Source: Eledone cirrhosa
Lineage: Eukaryota
Assembly: GCA_964016885.1 (NCBI GenBank)
Contig: OZ024746.1
Coordinates: 67,766,001-67,830,000, forward strand
DNA length: 64,000 nt
Direction: 5' to 3'
The notes beneath the pieces were generated by a model, which searched no databases, was not told the DNA's origin, and saw nothing but the letters and a program-made list of their open reading frames with translations. This document shows, piece by piece, positions 59,971 through 64,000 of this stretch (position 1 is its first letter; the number at the start of each line of letters is the position of its first letter). The translations under genes were made by a program, and so were the position numbers.

Positions 59971-62587
59971 TTCAGTCCAAAAAATAGCTGAGATAAAAAT
60001 CTTAAGAAATAAAGAAAAGCTTAATGATGAGATCACTTATTAATGATGAGGTGAGCATAAAATATGAAATTTATAGTAACTTTACATTGAACACAATACT
60101 GTACATAGACAGAAACACAGATATAAACGATGATAAAGACAACAAGCATTTATGTGTCTGGACAAACAGCAAAATCAAAGAACAAACATATTATAATGTA
60201 ATGAATAAAAAAATACATAAAGATGAGCTAAAAATATGTAGGAATGACACACAGACAAGATGTGTAAACAAAACAATATGCAAACATATTCAGTGTGTGT
60301 GTGTGATACATAAAGACAAGCAAATGACTGCATTAAAATTATAAAGACAAGATGTTTATGCAACTTTCATTATAAGAGTAATTTAAACATGAATGGATAT
60401 GGAAACTAATGTATATGCAGTTGTTTGTGTGTGTAGTATTGGGGAATAAAAGGCATATGCAAGTTAAAAGTTAAAGGCTGTTTAAGTTCAGAGGCTCATC
60501 ACATTAGTACTTATCCCACTTTCTTTGTTGTTTAGCAACTGAGAGTATAAGACTCCCCCTGGACAGGACTCTAGTCCATCACAAGTTAACTCATCATTTA
60601 CCGCTGGTACTCATTTCTAGCTGTGTACTGGAACAATGTGGAACTAAGTGTCTTACTCAAGGACACATTGCAGCACCTTGTCCAGGAATTGAATCCACAG
60701 CATTACAATCATAAGTCCAACACCTTAACCAGTAGATTATTTTTTTTTAATGCACAGTAGAACAATATATTAATATAGCAACTAGGCTGATGAATATAAT
60801 AAGAAGTCGGTGTTTGTGTGTGTGTGTGTGTGTGCACACACACACACAATCATCGTCATCGTCGTCATTTAATGCCCATTTTTCCACGCTAGCATGGGTT
60901 ACATAAGTTGTCCTGTTGTAAGCAATGCTAAGTCAGGTGGCTATGTTTTGTTCATACAGAACTGATTCTGGTGTTATTTCTACAGCTGGATTCACTTTCT
61001 AATGCCAACCTCATTTACAGTGAGTACTGGGTGCTTTTTGTTGTGATGCTATACCTCCATTATGTCTGTATGTATGCATGTGTGAATTTATATGTACCAA
61101 AATTTAAATAATGGGAACAACCCTAAATTGATGAATTTGAAATGACTAATTAGCTTAGTTCAAGGTATGTTAATGATGGTAGTGAATATCATGTACCTTG
61201 TAATCTTTACATAATTTTTAATATCATAACTATGACATTAGAAATTATATTTCTATTTAATTTATTTAGTTTAATTTGCTTTCACAGCATTGTAGAGATG
61301 ATTTATCCTAACTCTTGAATTTTTTTTTAACTTTCTCTTAATGTGAAAAGCTATGATATTTTAACTACATATATATTAGTGATATATTGATGATTTCTAA
61401 TTGAGGCACAATGCCAGCAGATTTGGTGGGAAGGGCAAAGTTGAATAAATTGACCTCAGTATTTGACTGGTACTTTTGTCTTATCCACTGCAGAAGGATG
61501 AAAGGCCCAGAAGAAATACTGCAATGGTATTTTATCTGATGCTCTACTAATTCTGCCAAATTACCACCCTTTATATTAATGTTATTTTAACAGCATTGTG
61601 TTATCTCACATTATGTGATTGTTATCATTTTAATTATGTCTGTATTATGGCAACACTTTCCATAATGAGGCTCAAAGATTAGATTACAATATATAAAATT
61701 ATTAATTATATATATACTGAATTGAGCTTAAACAACGTTTTTCATTTGATTTTTGTTGGCAACTTCTTTTTTCATCTTTAAGTGCCTTTACCTCATTTTG
61801 TAGCATCTCCGTGTATGAGCACATCACTCTTTATGTATATATATGTGAGTCCTGGGTTCAATCGTGGGTAACCACTGAAAGTCCGGTACTCATCACATTA
61901 GTAGAGTGCATACATCCTTTGAATGAAAAACTTCTAGTCCTGTAGAAGCCATTTCTATATTAAATTTGTTTTATGTGTGTGTGCATATGTGTGTAAATCT
62001 GCAAAAATATTTTCTTCTAGTAATTGATTATAAACAAAAAAAATGTTTAATATTTTTATTCTTGATATGTATATTATAACTTAGAAGTAATTTCGATTTG
62101 CTATTTATTTCTTATCTAAAAACAAATAAAATAAAATAAAAACAAGTCAAAAATTATTTAGAATTTTTCTTTTCATAAACAACTTGCTTTAAACAAATAG
62201 CTGTTAAGAATAGTTACTGAAAAATTATCAGGAACAAAACAAAATCAATAAACAAAAATGCATAGTATATAATTTTTAGTTCTCTGCTGTAAGGAAGAAA
62301 TAGAATCTGAGCTTTTCAAAACTGGTTCTTTGATGCTTAAAGGAGAGACAGAGGGAGAAATATGTTGGTAGGAATGGAGAAATTTATTTTTCCAGTAATG
62401 ACTCACATGGTAGCAAGGCAGAAATAATGAAAGAGTGAAAGAGGAGGATATTATCAGGTGAGAAAACAAAGAAGGGGATGTAATTAAGATATAGGCAAAT
62501 GGAGATTATTGTAAGATTAGTGTTTGGTGTCTGAAGAGTGGACAGGGTTGTGGACAGTGTATGTGTTGTTTTGTGAGTGTGAGGTAT

Positions 62588-62594
<7 letters not shown>

Positions 62595-62671
<77 letters not shown>

Positions 62672-62683
62672 TGTGTGTGTGTG
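62595..62683. repeat. (GA)n/(GT)n microsatellite
   Basis: Direct reading of the sequence. Confidence 0.95.
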
Positions 62684-63759
62684 TACCTATTCTTCTAGAT
62701 GAAGCTGCAGTAGTTATTCAAACCATGTAGGTGTGCTACACCAAGACAGAAAATTAGTTATTCATGTTGCAACTGTGATAGAGGAAATCTGTAGAGAGGT
62801 GCAGAGAATTGTGATTATGTGAGCTGAAGTAGGAGACAATAGATGATTCAATGGTTTTTCATCATCTAGAGGTTTCCTTAAATGATTTGCTAGTTTTCCA
62901 CTAATCTCACCTACAGATTGGAAAATATATAGTTGGTATTTTACACAATATTCCTGCTGGTGTAGCTAAAATAGTTGGTGATATTGTTGTGTCCTGTTAG
63001 GGTGGTAATGCTGAAAGTTAAAAGATATGAGTATCAGCAGTGATGGGAACAGACAAATCAACTGCATATTACTTTCTAACTGTGAATGAAACACAGTCCT
63101 CTGACCTGATCTCTCACAAAGGGACAGCCTGTCCTACCCATGCTAGCATGGAAAATGGACGTTAAATGATGATGATGATGATGATGATATCCCCTAATGC
63201 AAACAGTTCAAGTCTATCTTATTACTTCAAGTCCTTATTTGCAGCTTTTCTATTTCTCAAACATGAGACCAACTATGCCCTCTACATTTTCCACTCTTTC
63301 TTTCCTCCTGAACCCTTCCAACTGCTTCCCCAGGGTGATTTAGTCCCTCTACACTGTCATCTGCCATAAAAACTGCCTCCTTGCCTTCAAATACTTCCTT
63401 GACCATTGTACTACTCACCTCCCCTCACTTCCTTTCACTAACAAGTCACCCTCCTCTAGTCACATACAACTACATGTGAACACACACATATACACACCCA
63501 TACACAAAACAACACAACCCACAGCCTTCACACACACCAACGTACTACAACACCCCTACTCACCTTCAACTGTTTCATCTTATACAGGATGTTTAGGTTA
63601 ATAAGATGACAATGAGCATCAGGATGGGTCCCAACTATGCTAAATATACTCATTAGTCATGTTGTACATCAGATGTCAAACCTGTGGCCAGCGGGCTGCA
63701 TGCAGCCCTTTACAATCACACCCACGGCCCGCACAAAGGTTTTTACAGTGTGAGTGTAA

Positions 63760-64000
63760 TCTGTATATAATAAAATTAAATGTGTGTGTCTGTGTGTCTG
63801 TGTATTACCTATAGGGGCCTACATCTTACAACCGATTTTCATGAAACTTTACAGGCTCATAGATTAGTCATCGGGGAGTGTTTTCTGTATATCAGCGTAT
63901 CGTTTTTTTATTCTGGGGTCATTCTGCAGATAAAAATCGTTAGGGGGGAGGTCACCTTTTTTTAGGTATCGAAAAATAAGATTTTTGGCTTTAGCTCCCA
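63760..64000 (+). mobile_element. 5' end of a non-autonomous Helitron-like element, inserted after a hAT-like MITE start (63668-63755)
   Basis: A|TCTGTATATAATAAAA followed by a (TGTC) microsatellite, as in 7692-8326. The upstream cagatgtcaaacctgtggcc..gcggg resembles a hAT TIR. The element runs off the window. Confidence 0.5.

Overview
AT-rich, repeat-dense animal DNA; the SINE, RTE-LINE and (TA)n content suggests a cephalopod such as Octopus (inference). The only host gene is the 3' end of a minus-strand FERM/PDZ-domain (FRMPD-like) gene, with two phase-0 exons at 59074-57641 and 48680-47793. The main discovery is a 14.5-kb array (14435-28957) of about 31 near-identical 465-bp units. Each unit carries a complete type I hammerhead ribozyme (AAUAUUG-CUGAUGA-GAUGU/aaca/ACAUC-GAAA-CUAG-UC^-CAAUAUU) with a self-complementary helix III, so the array looks like a young non-LTR retrozyme or self-cleaving satellite. 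It is arranged as two divergent blocks (11 minus-strand and 20 plus-strand ribozymes) that meet at a fold-back junction at 19435-19440, and it sits inside (TA)n microsatellite. Several Penelope-like (GIY-YIG) relics surround it, carrying at least six other hammerhead variants; two neighbouring elements show the same divergent inverted geometry, which points to Penelope-like machinery as the mobiliser. The remainder consists of RTE, CR1 and CRE-like LINE fragments, a DD37D maT transposon, mariner, piggyBac, hAT and Helitron non-autonomous elements, tRNA-derived SINEs, long (TA)n tracts and a 200-N gap. Most ORFs in the supplied track are repeat artefacts.
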